This document shows, piece by piece, positions 24,418 through 32,000 of a stretch of DNA of 32,000 nucleotides. This DNA is from Alphaproteobacteria bacterium. GTDB taxonomy: Bacteria; Pseudomonadota; Alphaproteobacteria; Rs-D84. The stretch covers positions 42,303 to 74,302 of the forward strand of contig JAVBPX010000007.1 of assembly GCA_031549365.1 (NCBI GenBank), given 5' to 3'. A program made the position numbers and the translations under genes. How positions within the stretch are numbered: the stretch's first letter is position 1; every line of letters starts with the position of its first letter. The notes below the pieces were generated by a model that had not been told where the DNA came from, ran no database searches, and saw nothing but the letters and a program-made list of their open reading frames with translations.

Positions 24418-25110
24418 ATGGAAAATCGTGGAATTTTGTTTTGGTCTACTATGACCCTCACTCTGATACTTGCAATATATGTATCCGTGCGGGTAATGAT
24501 GGTAACGGCGGGTTCTTCTCCCATCACACGCATATCGAACATAACGTTTTCTCCAGATCCAACAATCATTGATAAACGCCGCGTGGTTCAATTAATGAAT
24601 TTACAAAACAATGTATCTGTATATGAATTGGATATGGATATTATGGTTGAACACATTCAAACAATTCCTGAAATTGAATACGTTTCAATTGCCCGCCACC
24701 CTAATGGAAATCTAACAATCCGCATCCGCGAACGCGCCACAGTTGCTTTCTGGAAATCGGATAACAAATATTATCCCTTGGATGAAATGGGTCGATTAAT
24801 TGACCGCCCAATTTCTGAACGTCCTGAAAATTTACCTCTTTTTATTGGTGCCCAACCAACTGATGTTTCCAAGATAATTAAAACAATAAACAACCACGCA
24901 ATTTTAATGGATCGGGTTGCTTCCATCGAATTGGTCGAAGACCGCCGTTGGAACATTAACTTATCATCCGGCACAACAATTATGCTACCCGAAACAGACA
25001 TCGATACTGTATTAAAAAACCTTGCAAAATATCAACAACGCGCATTACTGTTGGATCGCGAAATTGAAAGAATTGATCTACGTGATAAAAACCGCATATT
25101 GGTACGATAA
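24418..25110 (+). CDS. ftsQ: cell division protein FtsQ
   Basis: N-terminal transmembrane segment, POTRA-like region, and ..RRWNINLSSGTTIMLPE.. typical of FtsQ. It directly abuts ftsA. Confidence 0.8.
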   Translation: MENRGILFWSTMTLTLILAIYVSVRVMMVTAGSSPITRISNITFSPDPTIIDKRRVVQLMNLQNNVSVYELDMDIMVEHIQTIPEIEYVSIARHPNGNLTIRIRERATVAFWKSDNKYYPLDEMGRLIDRPISERPENLPLFIGAQPTDVSKIIKTINNHAILMDRVASIELVEDRRWNINLSSGTTIMLPETDIDTVLKNLAKYQQRALLLDREIERIDLRDKNRILVR

Positions 25111-26982
25111 ATGATTAACCTGAACGAGGATTTTTTCTGCGTCTTGGATCTCGGGCATTCTGGCGTACGCGCCATAGGGGCCGAAGTTTTACACGGAAAA
25201 ATCCAACGTATCCGGGTTGAATGCTATGACTACGATTCAACGGACATGGAATCATTTTTACAAAACGCCTCAACTGGAATTGCCCACACTGTGGACCGAT
25301 TGGAAGATGCCTTTTCCTGCCGCTATCAACGCGTATGGGTATCCGGAAATTTTGGACCAATTAAATCCCGCGTATTTCCAGTCGAAATGAATTTTGAATC
25401 GGATAAAAAAGTCACTCCATCCGATGTAATAAAATTAATATCCAGTCGCGAAAATATCTTGAATAACGAAAACGAACACGTACTACATGTAATCCCAACA
25501 TATTACATCGTTGATAATTTCCGCGATTTAAATTCAATCGTTGGAATGCGGGGTTCCCGCATTGGCGCCATATTCCACAGCATATCTGCTGGCCGCGATC
25601 AAATCCGTGACATTGCATCATGTTTACGTCGTGTGCATTTGGAATCTGAACAATTTTTAGATGTGATGATGGTTGTCGGTTCAACTGAATTAACCGACGA
25701 ACAACGCGAAAATGGGACATTAATAATTGATTTGGGCGCGGGCGCAACACACCTCGGCATTTGGTTTAAAAATCGTTTGGTTTATTCCGAAAAAATACCA
25801 CTCGGTGGAAATAATTTAACCGAAACAATTTCTGACGCAATCGGCGTAAACAAATCAATTGCCGAACGCCTGAAACTGGAAATTGGAACAGCAATCCAAA
25901 ACGATATGGACGCATTTAAATCAATCACTTTTTCTGTCCCAGACGAAAGCGGAATCCCAACCGAACGAATTATCACACGATCCGAAATAACATCCGTAAT
26001 ATCTGATTGGTTGGTTGATTTGTTTGATACAATCGACAAACATTTGGTTGCTCGTAAAAAAGATGGTTATATAAATAACATCGTCCTAATGGGTGGCGGC
26101 GCAAAAATTGGCGATATTGAAACAATCGTCCAAAACATATTTGACAAACCAACAACAATTTTATCCGATTCGGACTTGGTATTAATTAATTCATTATATA
26201 AATTCGTTTGGGGTTCAATGAAAAACGAAATCACAGATTATGAAAATAATCGCCAACAATGGGATTACCGCTGGGTCCAAATTAAAAATTGGTTTGAAAA
26301 ACATTTAACCCCTAAAAACAAAATTCGATTGATAAAAAACCCTGTAATGCCCAGCACACTTGCCTTTGACATGACATCTGAAAAAACTTATCAAACATTT
26401 AGATCTGGAAAAATCGATACAATCCATGTTGACGTAATGGACGGAATGTATGTTGAAAATACAGCCTCTGGAATATCGGAAATCGCATCCATCCGAAAAA
26501 TGACTGATGCACACCTACACGTCCATTTAATGGTAAACAATCCAATGGATTGGATTGAATCCACAGCAAACGCCGGCGCAGATTCAATTTTAATTTCCAT
26601 GGACACTGACGGCGCAATCACATCCCTGAACAAAATAAAATCATTAAAATTACGATGTGGTGTTGCCCTGCATCCAAACAGTCCACTATCTCTATTATTG
26701 CCAATACTTCCGCTTGTGGACGAGGTTATGATAATGTCAGTAATCCCAGGATCTGGCGGCCAACCATTTATCCCAACCTCAATTAACCGCATAACGAAAC
26801 TACGCGCCTACCGTGAAAAACATAAATTAAGCTTTAAAATTTCCGTGGATGGGGGCATAAACGCGGATTCCGCCCCGCTTTGTTGGGCATCTGGGGCTGA
26901 TTTATTGGTTGCCGGCTCATTTCTGGCAAAATCAGAATCTTTTCCATCTGCGGTCCGCCAATTATTACCAAAAAAGGCTTGA
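25111..26982 (+). CDS. ftsA: FtsA fused in frame to ribulose-phosphate 3-epimerase
   Basis: Residues 1 to ~400 are actin-like FtsA (LIIDLGAGATHLGIW, IPLGGNNLTETI, VLMGGGAKIGDIE), ending in the amphipathic segment RWVQIKNWFEKHL. Residues ~407-623 are Rpe (HVDVMDG, HVHLMV, MSVIPGSGGQ, VDGGI, VAGS). No stop lies between the two parts. Confidence 0.75.
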   Translation: MINLNEDFFCVLDLGHSGVRAIGAEVLHGKIQRIRVECYDYDSTDMESFLQNASTGIAHTVDRLEDAFSCRYQRVWVSGNFGPIKSRVFPVEMNFESDKKVTPSDVIKLISSRENILNNENEHVLHVIPTYYIVDNFRDLNSIVGMRGSRIGAIFHSISAGRDQIRDIASCLRRVHLESEQFLDVMMVVGSTELTDEQRENGTLIIDLGAGATHLGIWFKNRLVYSEKIPLGGNNLTETISDAIGVNKSIAERLKLEIGTAIQNDMDAFKSITFSVPDESGIPTERIITRSEITSVISDWLVDLFDTIDKHLVARKKDGYINNIVLMGGGAKIGDIETIVQNIFDKPTTILSDSDLVLINSLYKFVWGSMKNEITDYENNRQQWDYRWVQIKNWFEKHLTPKNKIRLIKNPVMPSTLAFDMTSEKTYQTFRSGKIDTIHVDVMDGMYVENTASGISEIASIRKMTDAHLHVHLMVNNPMDWIESTANAGADSILISMDTDGAITSLNKIKSLKLRCGVALHPNSPLSLLLPILPLVDEVMIMSVIPGSGGQPFIPTSINRITKLRAYREKHKLSFKISVDGGINADSAPLCWASGADLLVAGSFLAKSESFPSAVRQLLPKKA

Positions 26983-27006
26983 CTTCCACCGCAACATCGT
27001 ATAAAT
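26979..27006 (+). promoter_or_regulatory. sigma70-like promoter for rpmB
   Basis: TTGACTTCC...N16...ATAAAT. It overlaps the ftsA-rpe stop codon. Confidence 0.5.
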
Positions 27007-27040
27007 TACAACGGCAATAAGAATACCAAAGGATACAACT

Positions 27041-27322
27041 ATGTCAAGATTGTGCCAAGTAACAGGCAAAAAAACCGAAGTCGGAATGAACGTTTCTCAC
27101 TCGAATCGTCGCACAAAACGTACATTCAAACCAAATTTGCAAACATTAAAATTTCACAGCGAAATTTTAAACCGTGATTTCACATTGAAAATTTCAACAC
27201 GTGGTTTGCGCACTATAACAAAACATGGTGGCTTGGATGAATACTTGATGTCCAAGGGAAATTCCAAATTAACCCCAGACATGTTGGTTATCAAAAAATT
27301 ATTGGTTAAAAAGGCCGCTTAA
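27041..27322 (+). CDS. rpmB: 50S ribosomal protein L28
   Basis: MSRLCQVTGKKTEVGMNVSHSNRRTKRTFKPNLQ is the canonical L28 N-terminus. AAGGA SD. Confidence 0.95.
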   Translation: MSRLCQVTGKKTEVGMNVSHSNRRTKRTFKPNLQTLKFHSEILNRDFTLKISTRGLRTITKHGGLDEYLMSKGNSKLTPDMLVIKKLLVKKAA

Positions 27323-27345
27323 TTCAAACCAAAATCATTAAAAAA

Positions 27346-27367
27346 ACTCCCAAACGGGAGTTTTTTT
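27346..27367 (+). terminator. rho-independent terminator of rpmB
   Basis: ACTCCC-aaac-GGGAGT followed by TTTTTTT. Confidence 0.8.
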
Positions 27368-27413
27368 AATTGCCATTGCAGCACAGCACGACGATAATTA
27401 CAATTAATAATAT

Positions 27414-27556
27414 GTCATTGCAAGAAGCTATGGCTTCGTGGCAATCATTGCAATTAAAAACCATCTCGCCCCAACGGGGAGAGATAATAAAACATATGAT
27501 CTTTGATCATCATGTTTTATAGAGAGGGGAAAATAAAAACAATAACCACAATTAAA
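27414..27556 (+). repeat. mosaic repeat R2 (hairpin unit plus 113-bp conserved module)
   Basis: GTCATTGC-aa-GAAGC-tatg-GCTTC-gtg-GCAATC, followed by the module at 27444-27556, which nearly matches 19511-19623. Confidence 0.8.
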
Positions 27557-27630
27557 ATCCACCATCAAACCAACTTAAAAACTAAATAAACTGTTGCATT
27601 ACAATCCAATAATGCACTATCATATACCTC

Positions 27631-28014
27631 ATGAAATACTTGTCGCTCATTTTCACAACATTACTATTATTCGGCTGCACCTCTATCCAAGAGGGTTCCA
27701 TCGACCAAGCTACCGTGCTACACTGGGAAAACGACCGTGTAACCTTGGACCAATTTACCCGCGATCACAAAGAATGCTTGGGCGTAACCAAACCTTCATA
27801 CACGCCACGCACGCGCCTTGAAAAATTCTTGATGCCAAACGCAGCAACCACCATGCCGAAATGGGATGGACTCTGGGTAACATTCCAATCAAACGAATAT
27901 TCCGAGGGTGGACAACGCATCGTCATGTCCGTCCCATCAAATCAAACTGCAAACTCTGTCGGGGCATACCGCAAATGTATGTTCGGACGCAATTATTTAC
28001 TCAGGTCTGAATAA
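27631..28014 (+). CDS. putative lipoprotein
   Basis: Signal peptide with lipobox LLFGC (MKYLSLIFTTLLLFGCTS). No family recognised. Confidence 0.6.
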   Translation: MKYLSLIFTTLLLFGCTSIQEGSIDQATVLHWENDRVTLDQFTRDHKECLGVTKPSYTPRTRLEKFLMPNAATTMPKWDGLWVTFQSNEYSEGGQRIVMSVPSNQTANSVGAYRKCMFGRNYLLRSE

Positions 28015-28016
28015 AA

Positions 28017-29150
28017 ATGAAAAAAACCATAACTGTTCTGCACTTACTACCGAACTTGAACGCCGGCGGCGTTGAACGTATGGTAATTGAATTGTCAAAA
28101 AATTTAAAGAAACAAAACGTAAATGTAATTGTCGCATCAAACGGTGGACGCGGTGTTGATTATTTACGCGCGGCCGAGGTTGAACACATAAAAATGCCGC
28201 TGCACAAAAAAAATCCACTTTCAATCTGGCGGAATATTTCACGTTTAAAAAAATTAATTAACGAACGCGAAATTGATATTGTACACGCGCATTCTCGGGC
28301 TCCTGCTTGGACTGGATATTACGCGGCAAAAAAAACAAATAAACAATTCGTAACAACATTCCATGGATTTCATAAAACAGGTTGGCTAAAAAAATATTAT
28401 AATCGTGTAATGTCATACGGCCGCCCAACAATCGCAGTATCCAAATTCATGCGCAAATACATAATCGAAAACTATCCAAACATCGACCAAAAAAATATAA
28501 CTGTTGTACACGATGGAATTGATTTGCGAATCTTTAATCCAAAAATGGTAACCGCGCGTCGCCAAATTGATGTATTGCGTGAATATAACATTTCACCTGA
28601 TAAAAAGCTGATAACTCTGGTTGGCCGCATCACCGGGTGGAAGGGTCAACACATCCTAATCTCTGCCTGCGCAAAATTAAAACGTGATGATTATGTTTGC
28701 GTACTTGCCGGCCCGGCCCAGGGTAACGGCACATATTTCCGGGAAATCAAAAAAATGATTAACGACAATTGCCTTAACGACAAAATCGCAATGATTGGAA
28801 ACGTAACTGACATCCCAACATTAATGCGCATTTCTCATGTTGCGTTAAACACATCTGTCCGGGCCGAAGCATTTGGCCTAACCACACTGGAAGCATCTGC
28901 ATTGGGAACCCCAATCATCGCAACAAAAATCGGCGGATCATTGGAAATTGTAATTGATGGCACAACTGGATTCTTGGTTGAACCAAATGATCCTGACGCA
29001 TTGGCAAATGCACTGAATAAAATTTTGGATATGTCGGTTTCGGAACACCACAAAATGGGGGATGCCGGCGTGGCCCAGGCATCAAATTTCTCATCCGAAA
29101 AAATGGCTCGCGGTTATTTATCAGCATACAAAAAAATCCTGTCGGAATGA
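28017..29150 (+). CDS. glycosyltransferase family 4
   Basis: C-terminal GT1/GT4 signature ..EAFGLTTLEASALGTPIIATKIGGSLEIVIDGTTGFLVEP.. on a GT-B two-domain layout. Confidence 0.8.
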   Translation: MKKTITVLHLLPNLNAGGVERMVIELSKNLKKQNVNVIVASNGGRGVDYLRAAEVEHIKMPLHKKNPLSIWRNISRLKKLINEREIDIVHAHSRAPAWTGYYAAKKTNKQFVTTFHGFHKTGWLKKYYNRVMSYGRPTIAVSKFMRKYIIENYPNIDQKNITVVHDGIDLRIFNPKMVTARRQIDVLREYNISPDKKLITLVGRITGWKGQHILISACAKLKRDDYVCVLAGPAQGNGTYFREIKKMINDNCLNDKIAMIGNVTDIPTLMRISHVALNTSVRAEAFGLTTLEASALGTPIIATKIGGSLEIVIDGTTGFLVEPNDPDALANALNKILDMSVSEHHKMGDAGVAQASNFSSEKMARGYLSAYKKILSE

Positions 29151-29932
29151 AACACGTACGAATTTATTCACCTGAAAAATTAACAGAAAATCAAATCATA
29201 ACATTTGACGCACCAACATCACATTATTTAACAAATGTAATGCGCCTACAAAACGGTTCTGAAATCGCAATTTTCAATGGCGGCATTGAACACGCCGCAA
29301 CAATTGAAATTCAAAAAAAACAAACCGTCGCACACATTGGTAAAATCACAAATACAAATGATCCAATAACAAACGCAACACTTGCATTTGCACCAATTAA
29401 ACAATCGAACATGGAATGGATGCTAGAAAAATCAACTGAACTGGGCGTTAAATACCTACAACCAGTTATCACAGAATTCACAGACCAGCCAAAAATGCGC
29501 CTGGATCGCTTTGAAAAAATTCTGGCGGACGCAGCAGAACAATCCGAACGCTTGTCTGTTCCGGAAATATTGCCAACTAAAACTCTGACTCAATTTTTAT
29601 CTGAAAATAAATTACCACTATATTATGGCGACGAACGCTCTGCCCACAATCAACATGATAATTGTCCTTGTCTGGGGTCCAGCCCCCATGACAATCATTT
29701 CGATATTAACTCTCACACATCAACAGGGCCAAACACCAACGAATTATTCCAAAATTCAAAATCTTTAACGAACCAACCCTTCGTCGTATTAATCGGCCCA
29801 GCTGGTGGTTTTTCCGAATCCGAATTTAAAATGCTGGAACAATCAAACGCAATCCCTATGAATTTGGGCAAAACGATACTGCGTGCAGAAACGGCCGCCA
29901 TCGCCGCCCTATCTATCTTATCAATAAAATAA
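29147..29932 (+). CDS. rsmE: 16S rRNA (uracil1498-N3)-methyltransferase RsmE
   Basis: The N-terminal PUA-like region (..HYLTNVMRLQNGSEIAIFNG..) and the C-terminal LIGPAGGFSESE...LGKTILRAETAAIAA are characteristic. Its start overlaps the upstream stop (ATGA). Confidence 0.8.
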   Translation: MKHVRIYSPEKLTENQIITFDAPTSHYLTNVMRLQNGSEIAIFNGGIEHAATIEIQKKQTVAHIGKITNTNDPITNATLAFAPIKQSNMEWMLEKSTELGVKYLQPVITEFTDQPKMRLDRFEKILADAAEQSERLSVPEILPTKTLTQFLSENKLPLYYGDERSAHNQHDNCPCLGSSPHDNHFDINSHTSTGPNTNELFQNSKSLTNQPFVVLIGPAGGFSESEFKMLEQSNAIPMNLGKTILRAETAAIAALSILSIK

Positions 29933-29961
29933 ATAATCAAATTTCAATTATACAACCTATT

Positions 29962-29980
29962 GAAACATTTCAAAATGTTT
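29962..29980. repeat. solo terminal-repeat-like hairpin related to the nested palindromic elements
   Basis: GAAACATTTCAAAATGTTT resembles the two element termini joined without the internal part. Its last base is the first base of the birA stop codon complement. Confidence 0.4.
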
Positions 29981-30669
29981 TATACTGTGATTTCATCTCC
30001 ATAAACCAACATATAATCCGCCCCTCGGCGCAAAACCAAAACACCATCATCATTAATTCCGCACAAAATTACTTCATGTCCTTGGTACTTAACAGTATGA
30101 CCAATAAAATCAGCACGCAACATCCATTCACGACGAATAGGATCAAAACCTTTACTCTTTAATTTGTTCATCCAAAAATCAACCCGATCCAATAATTTTG
30201 TTAAAACATCTTCTAATTTAACATTTTTTGAATACTTTGAAATATAGGTTGTATCGTATTTTACAATATCACCTTTTGCTGGCGACGAAACAACATTAAC
30301 ACCAATTCCAATAATTACAAAATCGCGAACATGCTCAATTAATATCCCTGATATTTTTTTACCTTTAACCAAAACATCATTGGGCCATTTAATCATAGAA
30401 TCAATTCCGAAACTGTCCACAACCTCGGCAACCGCGACAGCAATAGCATATGCAACTAACGAAGATCTTTCTTCCATCTTATACAACAGCGAAATATATA
30501 AATTGCCCTTTGGACTGATCCACTGACGCTTATAACGACCGCGTCCTCTTGTTTGTTCTTCGGCCATAATTGCCATACGATCTATAGCCTTGTTGTCATC
30601 AACAAATTTGCGAGCCTTTGATTGCGTACTATCCAAACTCGGATAAATTTTTAATTTAAATCCTGCCAA
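29980..30669 (-). CDS. birA: biotin--[acetyl-CoA-carboxylase] ligase (group I, no HTH)
   Basis: GRGRYKRQWISPKGNLYISL matches the BPL signature GRGRxGRxWxSP. Start set at TTG 30669, which is preceded by GGAGG at 7 nt. The track ORF starts at TTG 30690. Confidence 0.8.
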   Translation of the reverse strand: MAGFKLKIYPSLDSTQSKARKFVDDNKAIDRMAIMAEEQTRGRGRYKRQWISPKGNLYISLLYKMEERSSLVAYAIAVAVAEVVDSFGIDSMIKWPNDVLVKGKKISGILIEHVRDFVIIGIGVNVVSSPAKGDIVKYDTTYISKYSKNVKLEDVLTKLLDRVDFWMNKLKSKGFDPIRREWMLRADFIGHTVKYQGHEVILCGINDDGVLVLRRGADYMLVYGDEITV

Positions 30670-31135
30670 TTTTGTACCTCCCTGAATCAAAGACTAAAAA
30701 CTGATCACCAAATTGTTTTCTTAAAGCATAAATCATGGTTTCAACAGTATGACTCTTTGCTTTTTCATCATATCCGATCCTAACCATTAAATCATGCCCA
30801 GAAACACCATCATCTCCGGCCAAATACAACAAAACAATTAATTGGCGACCACTCTCGGAAATTGAATTTTTATCAATACCTAATAAATTTAAAATTTTTT
30901 CTTCATGATCACGTATTGCAAAGAACACAGCCTGTTCAAATTCATCAATTGTCATTTTTTTCTTGGGATAAAATATTGCCCTTCGCTCATTTTTACTGAT
31001 ACGATTCGCAAACACAATATCTGCTAATTTATAATCTTTATCAACAATCTTGGCTCCTAAATTTTTCAAAACAGAAACCCAGATTTCTCGATCTGGAATA
31101 TTTAATACAGAACAAATAATTTGGTTTATCGCCAT
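30656..31135 (-). CDS. OmpR/PhoB-type winged-helix protein lacking a canonical receiver domain
   Basis: The C-terminal ..SGRQLIVLLYLAGDDGVSGHDLMVRIGYDEKAKSHTVETMIYALRKQFG...GRYKIG resembles a Trans_reg_C domain. The N-terminal ~80 aa lack the receiver acidic pocket. AAGAGG SD. Confidence 0.45.
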   Translation of the reverse strand: MAINQIICSVLNIPDREIWVSVLKNLGAKIVDKDYKLADIVFANRISKNERRAIFYPKKKMTIDEFEQAVFFAIRDHEEKILNLLGIDKNSISESGRQLIVLLYLAGDDGVSGHDLMVRIGYDEKAKSHTVETMIYALRKQFGDQFLVFDSGRYKIGRI

Positions 31136-31184
31136 AAAAAACCTCTTTCATGAAACATAGCAAACTAGCCTAAACAATGTCCAG

Positions 31185-32000
31185 CTATTTTGAAAAAATC
31201 AAAACCCTTTGAATCCCGGCCAAATCATCGCGCCCATCAATAAATTTCCAACCATGATTGTTAAAAATCCTTCGAACATCATCTGCCTGCCCCTGACCAA
31301 TCTCTAAAAATATATGCCCATTTTCATTTAACATCTTGCTGGCGGAATTTGCCAAAGCACGATATGCATCCAAACCATCAACCCCTGCATACAAGGCCAT
31401 ATGGGGATCAAATTGCGCTGACCTATCCACTCTATCATCACCCTCTGGAATATACGGAGGATTTGAAACAATCACATCAAATTTTTCCAATAACTGAATC
31501 TTAAAATCACGACGTGAAATATGCACACGATTGTATAATCCTAAATTCATAATGTTCCGCATAGCAATCCGAATTGCAGCAAAAGAAATATCAATCCCAA
31601 CACCGGTTGAATTTGGATATACATGGGCCAGAGCACCAATCAAACACCCAGTGCCAGTCCCACAATCTAAAAACCGTAATTTTAAATTCGTATCCGGATA
31701 AAACTGTTTCACAGCTTCAATGATTGTCTCGGAATCCGGTCTCGGATCCAGAGTCCCTCGTGCTGTTTCAAACCACAAACCATAAAATTCACGTCCACCA
31801 ACAATCTTTGCAACAGGCATTCCACGCTTTAATTGCCTAACACGACGGCGAACTTTAAACGCCTGCCACCATGTTAATTCTTTCTTGGCTGCATCAATTA
31901 AACCAACACTATCAACACCTAATAAATGTTTTAAAACTACCTTGGCCTCTAACGGGCCCGCAGCATCACGCAACATTAAAAAAGCATCATTAACCAACAT
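31185..32000 (-). CDS. prmC: release factor glutamine N5-methyltransferase PrmC/HemK
   Basis: DCGTGTGC (SAM-binding motif I) and NPPYIP (motif IV). The ATG lies exactly at the window edge, so the true start is not certain. Confidence 0.8.
   Translation of the reverse strand: MLVNDAFLMLRDAAGPLEAKVVLKHLLGVDSVGLIDAAKKELTWWQAFKVRRRVRQLKRGMPVAKIVGGREFYGLWFETARGTLDPRPDSETIIEAVKQFYPDTNLKLRFLDCGTGTGCLIGALAHVYPNSTGVGIDISFAAIRIAMRNIMNLGLYNRVHISRRDFKIQLLEKFDVIVSNPPYIPEGDDRVDRSAQFDPHMALYAGVDGLDAYRALANSASKMLNENGHIFLEIGQGQADDVRRIFNNHGWKFIDGRDDLAGIQRVLIFSK

Overview
AT-rich bacterial chromosomal segment. By inference it comes from an intracellular alphaproteobacterium (Rickettsiales/Holosporales-like), based on orphan VirB11/VirD4 genes, a collapsed dcw cluster, alphaproteobacterial-type prophage genes and dense palindromic repeats. 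Layout: (i) 1-8.5 kb is a degraded prophage/integrative-element mosaic. It holds a translationally coupled ParB-methyltransferase, DUF5681 (small-terminase-like) and large terminase on the minus strand, a Fic protein with a C-terminal wHTH, a second DUF5681 fragment, DUF2924 and a large serine recombinase. The housekeeping gene tyrS sits between DUF2924 and the recombinase. (ii) 8.5-10.4 kb is a small islet bounded by 59-bp direct repeats. It contains a tRNA-like 3' fragment, a DUF488 gene and a partner gene broken by an in-frame TAA, and it ends next to an intact tRNA-Ser(GGA). (iii) 10.5-14 kb carries an outer-membrane beta-barrel protein, ispA plus an IDI-like Nudix gene, and two hypotheticals. 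(iv) 14.4-22.1 kb, all on the minus strand, runs virD4, then two tandem paralogous acyl-CoA synthetases, then virB11. (v) 22.3-27 kb carries ftsL-ftsI, then ftsQ and an ftsA frame that runs without a stop into a complete ribulose-phosphate 3-epimerase. (vi) 27-32 kb carries rpmB, a lipoprotein, a GT4 glycosyltransferase, rsmE, birA, an atypical wHTH protein and prmC. Intergenic DNA holds two repeat families visible by eye. One is a ~127-bp nested palindrome (5 copies) with a conserved ATAAAC apical loop and covarying stems. The other is a mosaic GTCATTGC...GCAATC hairpin family, which in two copies is joined to a ~113-bp near-identical two-hairpin module. No CRISPR array or rRNA gene was seen. 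All family assignments come from motif recognition by eye, not from database searches.
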